Shown: one piece after another, positions 1 through 13,765 of the stretch
Layout of the letters: each line of letters starts with the position of its first letter
How positions within the stretch are numbered: the first letter of the stretch is position 1
Assembly: GCA_963693365.1 (NCBI GenBank)
Contig: CAVNZM010000009.1
Coordinates: forward strand, 145,641 to 209,640
Length of the DNA: 64,000 nt
Origin: Amoebidium appalachense
Lineage: Eukaryota > Protista > Ichthyosporea
Direction of reading: 5' to 3'
Position numbers and translations under genes: made by a program
The notes under the pieces: model-generated
What the model saw: only the letters and a program-made list of their open reading frames with translations
Told to the model about the DNA's origin: nothing
The model's database searches: none

Positions 1-625
1 ATCTAAGCCATTTCCCAAAATTATCCAATGTCAGTCCAGTGTTTGTGCTTATATATTTTAACGTATTTGTAAATTCTTTTTGTTCAGTAATGTCATGCAT
101 TAGTATGCACCCTTCCCAGAATCAATTAGATCAGAGCCAATCGCCCGCCACACTGGCACACCGTGATCTGCTGTTGCCGTCTCGTGTGTGCGATAGTGCA
201 CAGGCAAAAACGTGACCCTGTTGAAGGAAGAAGTTTGGTGAGCCCTATAGGAAACCGGACTAATCATTGAGCTTGGCAACTAGGCGTATGACGTTGCGTT
301 GGTAAAAGACTGAATTATAGGACAGTAAGATTTCTTTGCTCTTCAGCACTTTTTTTAGGCTGAGTGTGCGTAGAGGCCGGGGCGAACGATTGCCATCATT
401 GGCTGCATGATGCCAAAGTAGAGTTATATACACGTAGCAAGCGGAAATTCATTTTTGAGGCTGCCCTCGCGGCACATACTATATATCTTTTGTTCAGATT
501 TCCCAAAAAGATATCATCTCTAGACTCTAGGTCCCTGCTACGACTATATACCCCGCCCGAGGTCCTGTGCAGTCTCTGGTGCTTTTTTGGAGCTGGGGCC
601 CAACATTCCTACACTGGGGGGCATC

Positions 626-3410
626 ATGGTGAGTGGACTCTACAATTTCCTCTTCACACACCTTAAATCTTACTACTACAACGTCTTTCCCTTACCAGCA
701 ACTTAGATTTTTGAAGGCATTTTAGATTAGAAACCATTATGTTGGTGTTGGCTTGAGAGGTGTAATACATGTACACGTACCTGTGTGTATCACAGCAAGG
801 TGTGCCTAGTGTGGGTATGGGGTGGTGGTGGTGTGCTGACGGGGCTTGCAGGGGGCGCTGCTGGCCATACGGCGGGTGCCGGCCAGCAGAGGCTGGGCCG
901 GACTGCTGCTGTGGGCCGCCTTTGTCTTTGCAGGTGGGTAAAGGCGAGGTCTGGGTGGGTGGGTGGGGGAGTAAAGAACACCTGCAAGGCTGCTGGCGTT
1001 AGGCACACACACGGCCCTGGCTTCCATTGACTTTCCCCAGCCTCATCACCCCCTAACCTTGTGCACAGATACAAACACTCGCGCCTGCTTGCACATACAG
1101 ACACTGTAAACATAACCGTATTCTCCCTCTCGTGAAGACACAAAGTACATGCACAGACGGACACATATGCACTCGCAGTTGCACACACTGGCTTGCACAC
1201 ATACGCACTAATAGAAAAGTACAAAAAATATTTAGCACTCCTGTGCACCGCCCATACACGGGCAAGTGTGCTCACAAGAGCATGGCAACAGAGAGTTGAG
1301 AGCGCTAAATTGCAACGAGTCACACACCACAGACACTTTGAGCATGCACACACACGGCAGGCTGGATGACCCTAAACATACAGGACCCCACGTTCACGAA
1401 CAGTAAACATGTGGATAGACGCAAACAAAAAACTGCTTGGGCACACACAAGCACGCATACATATCCGTGCACACATACACAGAGGCATGCATGCACGTGC
1501 ACCGTGCACCTACACACACTATTCTGAACACACCCGCCTACCAAGCATTCTGGCCGTGTGTAAAATACTTGTGTGGCACGGGTGTACCCACACACAAGCA
1601 CTCACACATATGTCTGTGCTCCCGCGCGCACACACCACTTTTGTGTACAGTAGCCCACATGCTTATAATCAATAACACAACTTTCTCACACACACTAGCA
1701 TGCATGCCCATTTGCACTAATGTGCATGCACACACTCACGAACACACAGGCTGGTGGACACACCCAAGCGTGCACACACACACAATTGCGACCCTCCCTC
1801 CCCCCTCCCTCCCTCCCCCCCCCCCTCTTCCCCTTCCTGCCCCCCCCCCCCCCCTCCCCCCCCCTCCCCCCGCCCCCCAACAAAAAAAGAAAAAAATAGG
1901 ACCATGTTTACACACACACACCACAGACGCGAACCAAGTTATGCCCTCTCCTTGTACTTCTCGGTCACAACCGTTACCCCCAAGGAACGCGCGCGAGCAC
2001 ATGTGTGTGTGCGTGTGTCAGGGTGGGTGGGTGGGTGGGTGGGTGGGTGGGGAGGGGTGGCAGGGCGGGGCACAAACGAACACCTTTTCTCTAACACGTG
2101 GTGGGCAGCGTACCAGTTTGTGGGGACGTATTTTGTGACGGAAAAGGTGTCGATAGAGGCCGAGGAGAGGGGGCCACTTGGGCCGGACAGCTACGACACC
2201 GTGCTGGTGCCACGGAGCGAACAGCAGCAGAGGGTGGTGGAGAGGGAGGTGGTCAGGCTGCAGGGGGAGATGAAGGGCCTGGAGAAGACTTATCTGGCTT
2301 ATGTTCGACAACTGAGGTGTGTGTGTGTGGGGGGGGGGGGGGGGGGTGGATGGATGTGTGGATTTGTGGGGCTGGGGGGGTTTGGGGGGGGGGGGGAAAG
2401 GGGAGGTTGTGTGTGCGGATGTGTGGGTGTGGGTGCGTATGTGTGCTTATGTGTATGTGTGCATGTGTGGGTGCATTTGTGAGTGTGTGGGAGGGGGGGG
2501 GGGGGATGATGGTTGTGTGCACAGGTCTGTTGATGCGTGGGCGTGGACTTTGTGTGGGGGGCGTGTGTGCTCGCGTCTGTGTGGGTGTAAGTGCGTATTG
2601 TCTGTGTGCATGGTTGTCGGCATGGGTGGAGGTGTGCGTCTCCTTTAATTGGTTTGTGTTTGCGCCTCGTAAAAGTGTGTGTGTGTCTATGTGGATGAGT
2701 GTACAAGCTCGTTTGCATATGTAGAAGGGCACTGAGGGTGAGGGGGCCGGGGGTCCGGGGGGAGGGGGGGGAGGGGGGGGAGTTTGCTGATTGGTGAGGC
2801 TACAAGCACGTGTATGTCCCCACATGCAGCACGTGTGTGCCCCCACATGCACGTGGCCTGATCACACTCCCCCTGCAGATATGACCCCCGCTATTTGAGG
2901 GAGGCACCCAGGCATACCCCCCACCAGCTGGAGTGTAGACCGCACGAGCCAGGGCTGGTGGAGGTCGAGAACTACAAGGCCATACGGGGATACTGCTTTG
3001 GCGCCACCGCCATAAAAGGTAACAGGCCCTGGGTGCTTGGTTGGTGCTTGCGGGCCAAAGGCATGCTTGCACGGTGGTTACTTGATGCACAACAATAGGG
3101 TACAGATTGATCCCCCCCACCACCTCCGCCACCACCCGCGCGTGCGCGCACGCACACATGCACATACACACACGCACACACACACACACAAGCATGCACA
3201 CGCGTGCAGGGAGGGGGGGGGGCTGCTCGATATACTGTTTTTGACTCATTAGTTCAGGAAAGGGATGAGGATGGGTAGAAACTCCCACGATAAAAGCCCT
3301 CCAACATGGCCTTCTAGTTGTAATCGTGTGTGCGTGCCCCACTCTCACCTCATCATGTACTCTGTGTGTGCAGCAGACTAACATCACCCCCCCTTCCCCC
3401 ACCCACCCAC

Positions 3411-3450
<40 letters not shown>

Positions 3451-6119
3451 CAGGCGTGTGTGCGACACCAGGGTGCCGGACTATCGCAAGGTGGAGGGTG
3501 GGCAGGTGCAGGGGACCATGACGTATGGGGTCAGGACCCTCTACAACAGGACCTTTGCATACGTGCCGTACTACCACAGGAGGAGGATACAGCAGAGCGG
3601 TAGGGGCACACACACGCACGTGCACTGCAGTGCACGTGCACTGCATGCAGATGTGCACGTGCACTGCATGCAGATGTGCACGTGCACGGACACGGGGGAG
3701 GCACGGCTGCACGTGCATGCACACTCGTGCTGGCCGGGCCTGATCCCCACATACGGGTTCCTTCACACGTCACAATGCGCTACACCGGGCATGTACTCTG
3801 GTCTTTCATTATCACATGCACACACACGTGCAGGCACCCCTGCTCTCTGACAATGCACGGTGGGGTCTGCAGCACAGAAAGGTGGGCGGAGAGACGAAAG
3901 CGGGCGTGCAGCACATGTTTTCTAACTGTTCGAACGTGGGTCTGACTGTGTGCCCGTGTGCAGGGGGAGGGCCTGAGGTAGCCGTGACGTCACAGGGCAC
4001 GTGGAACCGCAACCACCACCTGGTCAACCTGGCCACCATCTGGAAGGGGCCCGTGTCCTTTGCCCTGCTGCTGGGTACGTGCACACATGCATGCAGGCAC
4101 ACACACACGTGCAGGCACACACACACGTGCAGGCACACACATGTATGCATGCAGGCACACACATGCAGGCACACACATGCAATCAGCACGTGCAGGCACA
4201 CACATGCAGCACATGCAGGCGCACACATGCAGGCACACACATGCAGGCACACACATGCAGCACGTGCAGGCACACACATGCAGCACATGCAGGCACACAC
4301 ACAGAGGCAGCATATGCAGGCACATATACACATGTAGGGGCACACACACGCAGCACATGCAGGCGTGCACACACATGTAGGCACAGGCAAGCAGGCACGC
4401 ATATGCAGGTAGGCACGCACATGGGGGCACAGAATCACACTTACAGGCACACAGCCAGACGTGCACGTACACACACGCGAGCAAATCACTACACAACCAA
4501 ACTTGCATACACACCACGCAAGCACACGTGTGCATGCTGGTACGGACATATACACTAGTTCGGAATTCCCATTGGAATTCGTATGCGTAACCTTATATGG
4601 CTTACCTGAAAAATTCGGATCATCTGATTGGCCTCACTTTGCGAAAGGGCTAGGGTAAGGGCTGCCCTCACCCCATCAGGGCCGGGGTGCAAATCTATAC
4701 GCTCTGATGTACATGTTATACTCGTTTTTACATAGAAAACAGGTTTTGGTTCACTAATAAAAGTTGTCGGAAATGAAACAACGCGTAATAATGATATATG
4801 GTTTCGGGGATGTCTGATGCTTCTTTCAATGTCAAAATCGGCAAAAAAAAACCCGTCCTTCTAGGCCTCCGATTGTCAGGGCCGTGGTCGATCGTCTATG
4901 ACAAGAATGTAGTTTTTTCTAGTTTTCACCATAAAATAAGCGGCGGACACCCCATATTGCTTATACAATAAATGTTAGTCGCGTTATGTGTAAAAATATA
5001 AATTAGTGACCAAAACCTGTTTTCTATTCATATTTTTAATTTTGATCACCTAAGGCGTCATTTGGTATATGAGTAGCCCTTCCCCCAGCCCTTCATTACG
5101 CCATCATTCCGATGTGAGAGAAGCAAAGCCATTGAAAATTTTACATAGGCAATCCGAACTAGTGTATCCACCACATGCAAACACACACCATTCATACACG
5201 TGTGTGCACACAGGTACACACCCCCATGCCCTACATCCCTCACACCTACTCACCCCACCACCCCCCAGACACCCCCTCGAAGCTGCAGGAGGTGGATGCC
5301 CTTCTAGAATCTTCCAAGCCAGTGGCCGACCACGTGGACATACACGTGGTCTGGAGGCTGGACCACAGTGCGGATAGCCCTGGTGCCTTCTATCCAATCA
5401 ACATGCTTAGAAACATTGCCCTGCAGGTGCGAATTGGGTGTGGGGATGGGTGGGTGGGTGGGTGGGTGTTTGTCCTTATGCATGGGCGGATGGGTGCATG
5501 AGTGCATCGGGTGTGTGGGTACTTGGGGGGGAGGTGTAAATGCATGGGTGGGTGGGCTAGATGTTGGCGGATTGGTTTGGTGTTGGGGTTGGATGTGGGG
5601 GGCCAAATTGGTGGATGGGGCAAGTGTTGTTGGGTGGGGCTGCATGTGTGTGATTGTATGCTGGTGTTAGATGGGTGGTGGGTTGAACGAGTATTTATAG
5701 GTCTGTGTTGTATCTGGGTAGACAGATGGTATTTGGGCTGTGCATGTGCTTGGTTGTTGGGGCAAGTGAACAGGGAGATTGTGCTATATGTGCCTGTTGG
5801 TGGGAGCAAGAGACTAACATTATTGTCAGACGGTGGACACACTGTGGGTCTTTGTTCTTGACGTGGATGTGGTGCCCAATGCCCCCATGTGGGTCTATGT
5901 GGACTGGGTCACGGAGGCAGCTAGGTCCGTGGCTCAGGCCCTGTTTGACGCTAAGCAGGTGGGCGGGGTGGTTGATTGCTCAGACACACACAGGCCCAAA
6001 TATTCACACACATACACACAAAAAATAGCATACACAAGTACACACTACGTGCACACAAACGCGTGTGCACGCAAACACACACAGAACCACACACACACAC
6101 ACACACACACAAACGCACA

Positions 6120-6158
<39 letters not shown>

Positions 6159-8125
6159 CCACACACACACGTACACACATACACATCCCCTCTAGCCGCC
6201 CCATCCCCGCATGTGTTTATGATTTGGCTGCTGCATGTTTAGTTGGTTGATGGTGGGGTAGTGGTTGTGGGATGTTGGGGCTGTGTGCATGCAATGTGTT
6301 AGGGTGGCTGCAGGGTTGGGCATGCCGACGGGTTGGGTTTGTGTGTGCAATGCGGTGAACAGCCCTGCCACTCTCATGCACAATTCAATGGCTGGTTGAG
6401 CCGACCAGTGCGGAAGGAGTGTGGTGGTATTTAGGCCGGCAGGTCAGCTGCAGCAGGACAAATGGGGGGGGGGGGGGGGGGGGGGGGGGGGAGGGCATGT
6501 GTATTTGTTATTCGGGTGGGTGAAGGGAAGGAGGGATCCTGTAGGTGTGTGGCCTGACATGTGCACGTGCAGCAACTGGTCTGTCCCGAGCTGGAGGCAT
6601 ATGTGCCCCCGGCTGTGGAGATGAGTGCTGACTCTCTGGCCAGCCTCTACACAAGTACGTGCTTGCACGTGCATGTACACGGCACACACAGATGCACGTG
6701 CATATAGACGACCCCCACCCGTGCACGTGCACACACACGGCACACAGCCATGTACACGTGCATGTACATGTGTAAGCATGGGAACCCACCGTGCACACAC
6801 CCATGCACGTGCAATGCCATGTGCAGCATGTGAGCACACCATGCATTCCTTCATGTACACATTTGGCATGGGCCCAGTCACCTCAGCAGTACACATGGCC
6901 ACGCACGTGCACGCTGTAAGGCACACACACGGACAGCGCACACCACGTGCACCACTTTCACACACCCATCGATACCCATCTTCCGTGTGCTTGTTCCAGG
7001 GACACATAGATACGTGCATACAGGCGATCATAAACACACGAAACACCCACGTGCACACACACAACACACATGCACATGCACACACATAACCTCCCGCTGA
7101 TCTAGCTATACTCTGCATCTGTCCATCACACAAGATTAGCATTGCCTGACTTGATGTGAGCACATAACCTGTTGGCCTGTGTGTAGTATCCCTCTTGCAT
7201 GCATGGAGTGGGTGTGCCCATGCTTACCCCGCATGTGCCTGACCCCCCAGGAGCCAAGTCCTCCGACACGCTCAGTAAGGCGCTAGTGTCCGAGTGTCTG
7301 CTCAGGGGGGATGCCAGGCCCATGCACCCGTACTTTGGGCCTGCATACCTGCCCACCAACCACCTGGAATGGGTTAATAGCAGTGATGTGGTCGAGCTGC
7401 CCTACCTGACAAGATTCGAACCCTACTACATTGCAAGGATGCCTGTGCCCCTGTTTAACGAGACATTTGTCAACAGGTGGGCGCATGTGCATGTGTCAAT
7501 GTGTGCACATGCGCGCTATAAACACACCACGCACACACGGGCACATGCGCACCCACGGGCATGCCAAAGGATGGGTGCCACAAGCAGTCGGCCTTGTTTA
7601 TTGCACAGCGTATCACATGTTCAATTTGCACCATGAATCTGACCACGCCTTCACGTATATGCACCTGCACACCCACATGCGTGTGCGCGTGCACACGTGC
7701 ATCTACCTGCACACCCATGCACGTGCATCTACCTGCACACCCATGCACGTGCAGACACATTCACACCCATGCACGTGCAGACACATTCACACCCATGCAC
7801 GTGCAGACACATTCACACCCATGCACGTGCAGACACATTCACACCCATGCACGTGCAGACACATTCACACCCATGCACGTGCAGACACAATCACACCCAT
7901 GCACGTGCAGACACAATCACACCCGCATGCACTAACACTAAGCCACTTACCTACAGGGGGGGCAACTATGCCCAACAGGTGTATGAGATGGCGGCAGGGG
8001 GCTACCACTTCTTCCGCCTGCCAGAGGCCTTTGTGGTCGACATTCCCCACAGCAAGAAACCTGCGCCCCCAAACAACGGCACTGCAAATGTGCTGGATAA
8101 TGCTACAAAGCAGGTGGGTGTGTGT

Positions 8126-8174
<49 letters not shown>

Positions 8175-8327
8175 AGGAGGGGGGAGGGGGGGAAGGGGGG
8201 GGGGGAGGGGGGGGGGGGGGGGGAAGGGGGGGGGGGGGGGGTAGTGCATGACTAGATGGTAGGGCTTGTGGAGTTGCATGGGTTGTGTTTGTGGAATGAA
8301 TGTGTTTGTAATTTTTAATTCATGTTG

Positions 8328-8383
<56 letters not shown>

Positions 8384-8562
8384 TGTTGTGTGGATTTGTG
8401 TCTGTGTGTGTATGGTGGGCCCCGCGCACGAATGCTTGTTTGTGCCTGTGGATGGGAGGACGGGTAGGTAGTTGTGTGTGCCTTCCGTTGCCCGTTTCTG
8501 TGCATGTGTGTCTTGCCATCGGTCTTGGTGTGTCTGTGCTCGTGTTTGTGTGTGTGTCTGTG

Positions 8563-8593
<31 letters not shown>

Positions 8594-9122
8594 ATCTGTA
8601 GGTGTGCATGTGTGTGTGTGTCGATGTAGGTGTGTGTGCCTCTGCTACCCTACCTGTGTGCATGCCTTTTGTGTCTGTGTGTGTGCCTGCCACCCTTCCT
8701 GTGCACGCGCATGATTACGCACACTGACTGTGCACGTGCAGGCCACACACGACATGGACCACGTGGTCAAGATGTGGGAGGCACAGTACGACCACGTGCG
8801 CACACGCTACGGGTATGTGCCCCCTAACCCCTTGTTTTTCTTTTTTCCCAATCACATTAGTGTGTGGCCTGTGACATATCCGCTGTCTGGCTTCAGCCTG
8901 GCTGTGCCCTGCCTGTCTGCCCTTGTCGTATCGAACGAACACTGTTCTCAAAACACACAGGCCACAACACAACACACGGTGAAGGGCACACACATGCACC
9001 ACACAACACACATCATACATGCTGGTGGTTGTGTGCCAGCCTTTCGTGCTCTATGTACCTCCCCGTCCTCTCCCCCTTTCGCCCCTCCCCCTCCTATACA
9101 CGCACACACAGCCCATCACCAC

Positions 9123-9174
<52 letters not shown>

Positions 9175-9341
9175 CTACGCCCACCCCACCTCCCCATGCT
9201 CACACCCTCACCCTCCCCAGGGTCAACATGCCCACTGCGTCCATCCACGAGCGCAACTTCAGAAAGTACAGACGAGGGCTGGAGGGGGTGTACATGGACA
9301 TATACCGCACACTTAGGACGGGCCAGACAAAGAGCCAATAG
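626..9341 (+). CDS. Glycosyltransferase family 49 (LARGE C-terminal domain / B4GAT1-like), type II membrane protein, 13 coding exons
   Basis: Phase-consistent GT-AG exons: 626-628, 852-933, 2109-2316, 2879-3018, 3450-3599, 3964-4074, 5269-5426, 5830-5958, 6573-6654, 7251-7476, 7957-8113, 8742-8812, 9221-9341. N-terminal signal anchor ([18 protein letters not shown]). GT49 motifs: VAVTSQ...[21 protein letters not shown], DxD (VLDVD), [42 protein letters not shown]. Confidence 0.85.
4553..5164. mobile_element. Non-autonomous TIR DNA transposon (MITE, 612 bp) in intron 6 of the GT49 gene
   Basis: AT-rich island bounded by ta|CACTAGTTCGGA ... TCCGAACTAGTG|ta (TA target duplication). Nested inverted blocks: AAGGGCTAGGGTAAGGGCTG ~4645 pairs with ~5070-5093, and AGAAAACAGGTTTTGG(T)TCACTAAT ~4735 pairs with ~5002-5025. 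Confidence 0.8.
7715..7925. repeat. 26-bp minisatellite (CACACCCATGCACGTGCAGACACATT), about 8 copies, intronic
   Basis: Directly visible tandem units. Confidence 0.85.
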
Positions 9342-10483
9342 CATACAGGCACACATGTATGCACACACACACGCAGGGCGCGCGCAGCACACACACTCAC
9401 GAGTCACGACCCCTGGAAAGCACACAAGCACACACATACCCACAAGCACATGCGCACACGCACGCTAGAACATACACACTCATGTCACACACACATGCAC
9501 AGTGCACGTAGCGTGCAACGGTAACGACGATATGTGCTTCATTTATGTACATACTTGTGAATGAAAGAGTCGATAGTGTGGTGAGCCTTTCTCCTCTTTT
9601 TTATTTTTTTTATTTTTGGTTGTGTTAGAGGTCTAATGATTGGTCCATCTGTATTGCAACACAATGGCTTTGCATGTAGGTGCCCTGCAATTGAAAATGT
9701 ATTCTGTATGGTTCCTCTGTACGCATGTATGAATGCACGAAGAGATAAGTATATATATGATGGGCTGCACTGTAGAAATAGACTAGCCAGGCATTGCCAT
9801 TTAAGGCAATGTTTGGCCCGCTTTAATTGGTGCTGTCATTAGGCTGGCTGGCACGGTCGAGTGAAGTTTTTGAGCATATAAGGCATCAGTCCGATGATGA
9901 ATAAATAGAACAAATATGATCAGGCACAGTGCTATGTGCGCATGTCACGCCATGGGGGCACGTTGCTTATGATGGACATTTGCGCATGCCGCACCCCCCT
10001 CTATTACTCTTTAAATTGGTCTCCGCTTGAAACGCCGCGTGCAAGAGTTGGGTCAGGCCATAGTTGGCCGGCATATGGGGGGGGGCACATGCACTGCGGC
10101 TAGTCACTCCCGGGCCCTGTCACTTGTGCAGTTAAACATGTGCTTGCGTCTGTATGCGCACGCATGCACTGAGCTGGCTTGTGCCAGTATGCCTTGCATG
10201 CGAGTCCAATCCCCTGCAACTAGCTATGTTAGATGTGCAATGCAGAGCCCGGAATAATGGCAATATCGTCGTGCAAGACTATGAAAATTCCCAATATTGA
10301 TAGTTTTTTTCGCTGTGCACGTTGATCTGTTCTGCGCAACCGTTCGACACCAACTTGCCTTATTTGGAATATCAGTGGCTTGAGTACTAGTGGGGCATTA
10401 TGTTGACATGATGCGCTTATGAACAGAAAATAAGGGGGGCATACGTAGCTACAGATCTAGATGGGGTGGGATATCGATGGGTT

Positions 10484-10518
<35 letters not shown>

Positions 10519-10558
10519 TCACGTGACGGTGACGGCACAGCTGTGATAAGACACAAAG

Positions 10559-10993
10559 AAGGACCCAACCACATCGGCAGAGTCAACTTGCAAAAGACAG
10601 AATTATTCTGCGAAAGTGGAATTATTCTGCAAAAGCAGAATCAATCTGCTTTTAGCAGAATTATTCTGCAAAAGCAGAATAACTCTGCTTTTAGCAGAAT
10701 CACTCTGTTCCTAGCAGAATCACTCTGCTTTTAGCAGAATTATTCTGCTTTTAGCAGAAATATTCCGCTAAAAGCAGAATCATTCTGCTTTCAACAGCAG
10801 AATAATTCTTCTTCTATGATAGCAGAATAATTCTGCTTCTAGCAGAATAATCCTACTTTTAGCAGAATAATTCTGTTTTTAGCAGAGTGATTCTGCTTTT
10901 AGCAGATTAATTCTGCTTTTGCAGAATAATTCTGCTTCTTGCAGAAAAATTCTGCTCGGAGCAAGCTGACTTAGCTGATGTGGTTGGGCCCTC
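10559..10993. mobile_element. Foldback MITE (435 bp) with internal palindromic GCAGAATWATTCTGC array; Sola2-like ends
   Basis: Left end AAGGACCCAACCACATCGGCAGAGTCAACTTGC matches the reverse complement of the right end GAGGGCCCAACCACATCAGCTAAGTCAGCTTGC. AAAG flanks both sides (4-bp TSD). The interior is ~20-bp units arranged head-to-head. Confidence 0.8.
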
Positions 10994-11184
10994 AAAGACA
11001 TAGCAATCATTCAGCGATTGCTCTCATATTTCCTCAAGGGCCCTGCCAGCCAGCTAGGCATGCACCCAGTGCTCTAGTGTCTGTTGTCTGCATGACCGGC
11101 TGTACATGTGCGTGAGATTACAATGGTTGCACCACATTAGGGCATATGGCCATTAATAGAGGTTGGGAGCACCTGGGGCCCAGA

Positions 11185-11265
11185 TTGAGAGGACCTATTT
11201 ATAGTACGGCCAGCTATTGAAGGGACCTATTTATAGTAAGACCAGCTATTGAGGGGACCTATTAA
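11185..11265. repeat. Short tandem repeat (GCCAGCTATTGARGGGACCTATTTATAGTA-like), about 3 copies
   Basis: Visible repeated GGACCTATT(TATAGTA) units. Confidence 0.6.
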
Positions 11266-11912
11266 CAGTCTGGCCCACATCGTCTATCTGATGGCTTATT
11301 ACACCCAGCAACCCCACCAAACACTTATCCCCTCAACCCCCCCTCCCCCCCCCCCTCCCCCCCCCCCCCCCCTCCCCCCCCCCCCCCCCCCCCCCCCCCT
11401 CCTCCTTCCTCCCTCCCTCACACCACCATCATCAGTTACAACATTCCTCGTCCAAAGCAGACTAAGGATTTGACTCGATTCCTGTCAAAATACATCGCCA
11501 CTTTATGAACTGTACAATGGGCGTTAAAAAGGTTCTTACCCCCCGCCCCCCCCCCCCTCTCCCTAAGTGGCAAATTATCGAGAGGAACACACAAACAAGA
11601 ATAAAAAGTTATCATCGTTTCCATTCGGAGCCAAGCAATCTAGGCCAAACACTGCCAAGCACACACCGCACACACACTGCCATGCGTAATCAGTCCCAAC
11701 CTGCGCTGACGCCTTCACTTCCTTCAGTCGTCTGGGGTGCTGCTGCCTCTGTTGCGCAAAATAACCGACACTGCAACGTGGTGATATTAGTATTTGGAGG
11801 GGGGAATGGCCAGGCAATGCGCTAAAGAGTACAACAGACATCACAATGCAGGTTTTGTAAAGCAGGCCACATGATTGTTTGCATCATAAGTAGCCCATCC
11901 TCACGCGTAGGT

Positions 11913-11946
<34 letters not shown>

Positions 11947-12076
11947 GGGGCACCAGCTTACTCCATGCATCTTACGAGCCTGCTCTATCGTGCAGAGAAA
12001 ACGAGGAAAAACAAAGAGATAGAGAGAGATAGAGATAGAGCGAGAAAGAGGGAGAGAGGAGAGAGAGAGAGAGAGA

Positions 12077-12188
<112 letters not shown>

Positions 12189-12243
12189 GGTGCTTTGGTT
12201 GGCGGTGTGTGTTTAGGGAGGGGGGAGGGGGGGGGAGGAGGGG

Positions 12244-12284
<41 letters not shown>

Positions 12285-12319
12285 GGGGAGGGGCGGGGGG
12301 GTGGATCCGGATGCAAGAA

Positions 12320-12940
12320 ACACGCCATTGTGGTATATAAGACAAACTAGGAGAGTGTGTGGGAAAGGTGGGGCGCCGGGGGAAAGGGGGGAGGGGAGGG
12401 GGGGAGGGGGGAGGGGGGGTTAGTACCTATGATGATGATAAGGATGGCCAGAGCAATGCCGCCCATCAGAACCGTCAGCTGGGGGGGACAAAAGGGTCAA
12501 ATAAATCGGAGGCGTATTGGGTCGGGGCACCATACATCGGCAAGAACATATAGGGCCAAGGGGTGAGAGCAAACATTTGCACCAACCTACCACCACCCGC
12601 TGCCCTTCCCCCTCCCCCCCCCCCCCTTCCCCCAAGCCACCCACCACTACACCCCGCCAGACCGCTAGCAACACGCACGATTTTTGCTCTGCAGACAAAC
12701 ATGGGGCAGAGACAGCACCCTGCGGGCAACAAGAAGGTGCACGTGGGTGCACAAAAAGATTTGTCTGTACCTGTGGTTTGGTGGTGGGGTGTGGTATGTG
12801 TTAAAAGAGTATGAGGTACAGATTCACGACGGAAATAACGATGCACAGTTTGCAGAGCACACACAAAATGTGGCATTGTAGGTAGAGCCCATCCTCAAGG
12901 GGGATCCCCCAGGGAGGAGGGGGGAGGGGAGGGGGGAAGG

Positions 12941-12990
<50 letters not shown>

Positions 12991-13329
12991 TGGGGGAAGA
13001 AGCACACACCCTCACGTGCTGCCACCAATACTTCCTGCGTGCACGTTGGGCACCAGACCGGAAGGCAGAGGCGCCCTCCACGAGACTCTCTGCTCAGCCA
13101 ATCAGCACACACAGACATGATCATACACCAATCACAGACGAACATAGAAGCACCCACATATGATCATAGCAACACATCATATGCACCTTCCATACAACCC
13201 CAACACCCTCACTGTCATGGGTACGGGAACACTTACAGGCACACAAGTGGACACGGCAACGACACATAGGCGCACATTTACAAACACACCCACCCAACCA
13301 TATACCCGTGCAAACACACATGCTCCCCC

Positions 13330-13360
<31 letters not shown>

Positions 13361-13588
13361 AAAAACATCAATAACACACACACACTAGGCCTTACACCTG
13401 CCCGCCTCGGCACTCACGAGCTTCCAAAGCACATCCACAAGCCCGCGCGCACGTCACATGCACACATGCACAGCCCCACCCCCACCCACACCCACGCACC
13501 CCTGCCCTCCCCCCCGCTTCCGCCCCCACCCCAGCCCCCCCCCCCACACACACACCCACACGCACACACACACACACCAACACACACG

Positions 13589-13642
<54 letters not shown>

Positions 13643-13649
13643 CACATGC

Positions 13650-13680
<31 letters not shown>

Positions 13681-13689
13681 AACACATGC

Positions 13690-13765
<76 letters not shown>

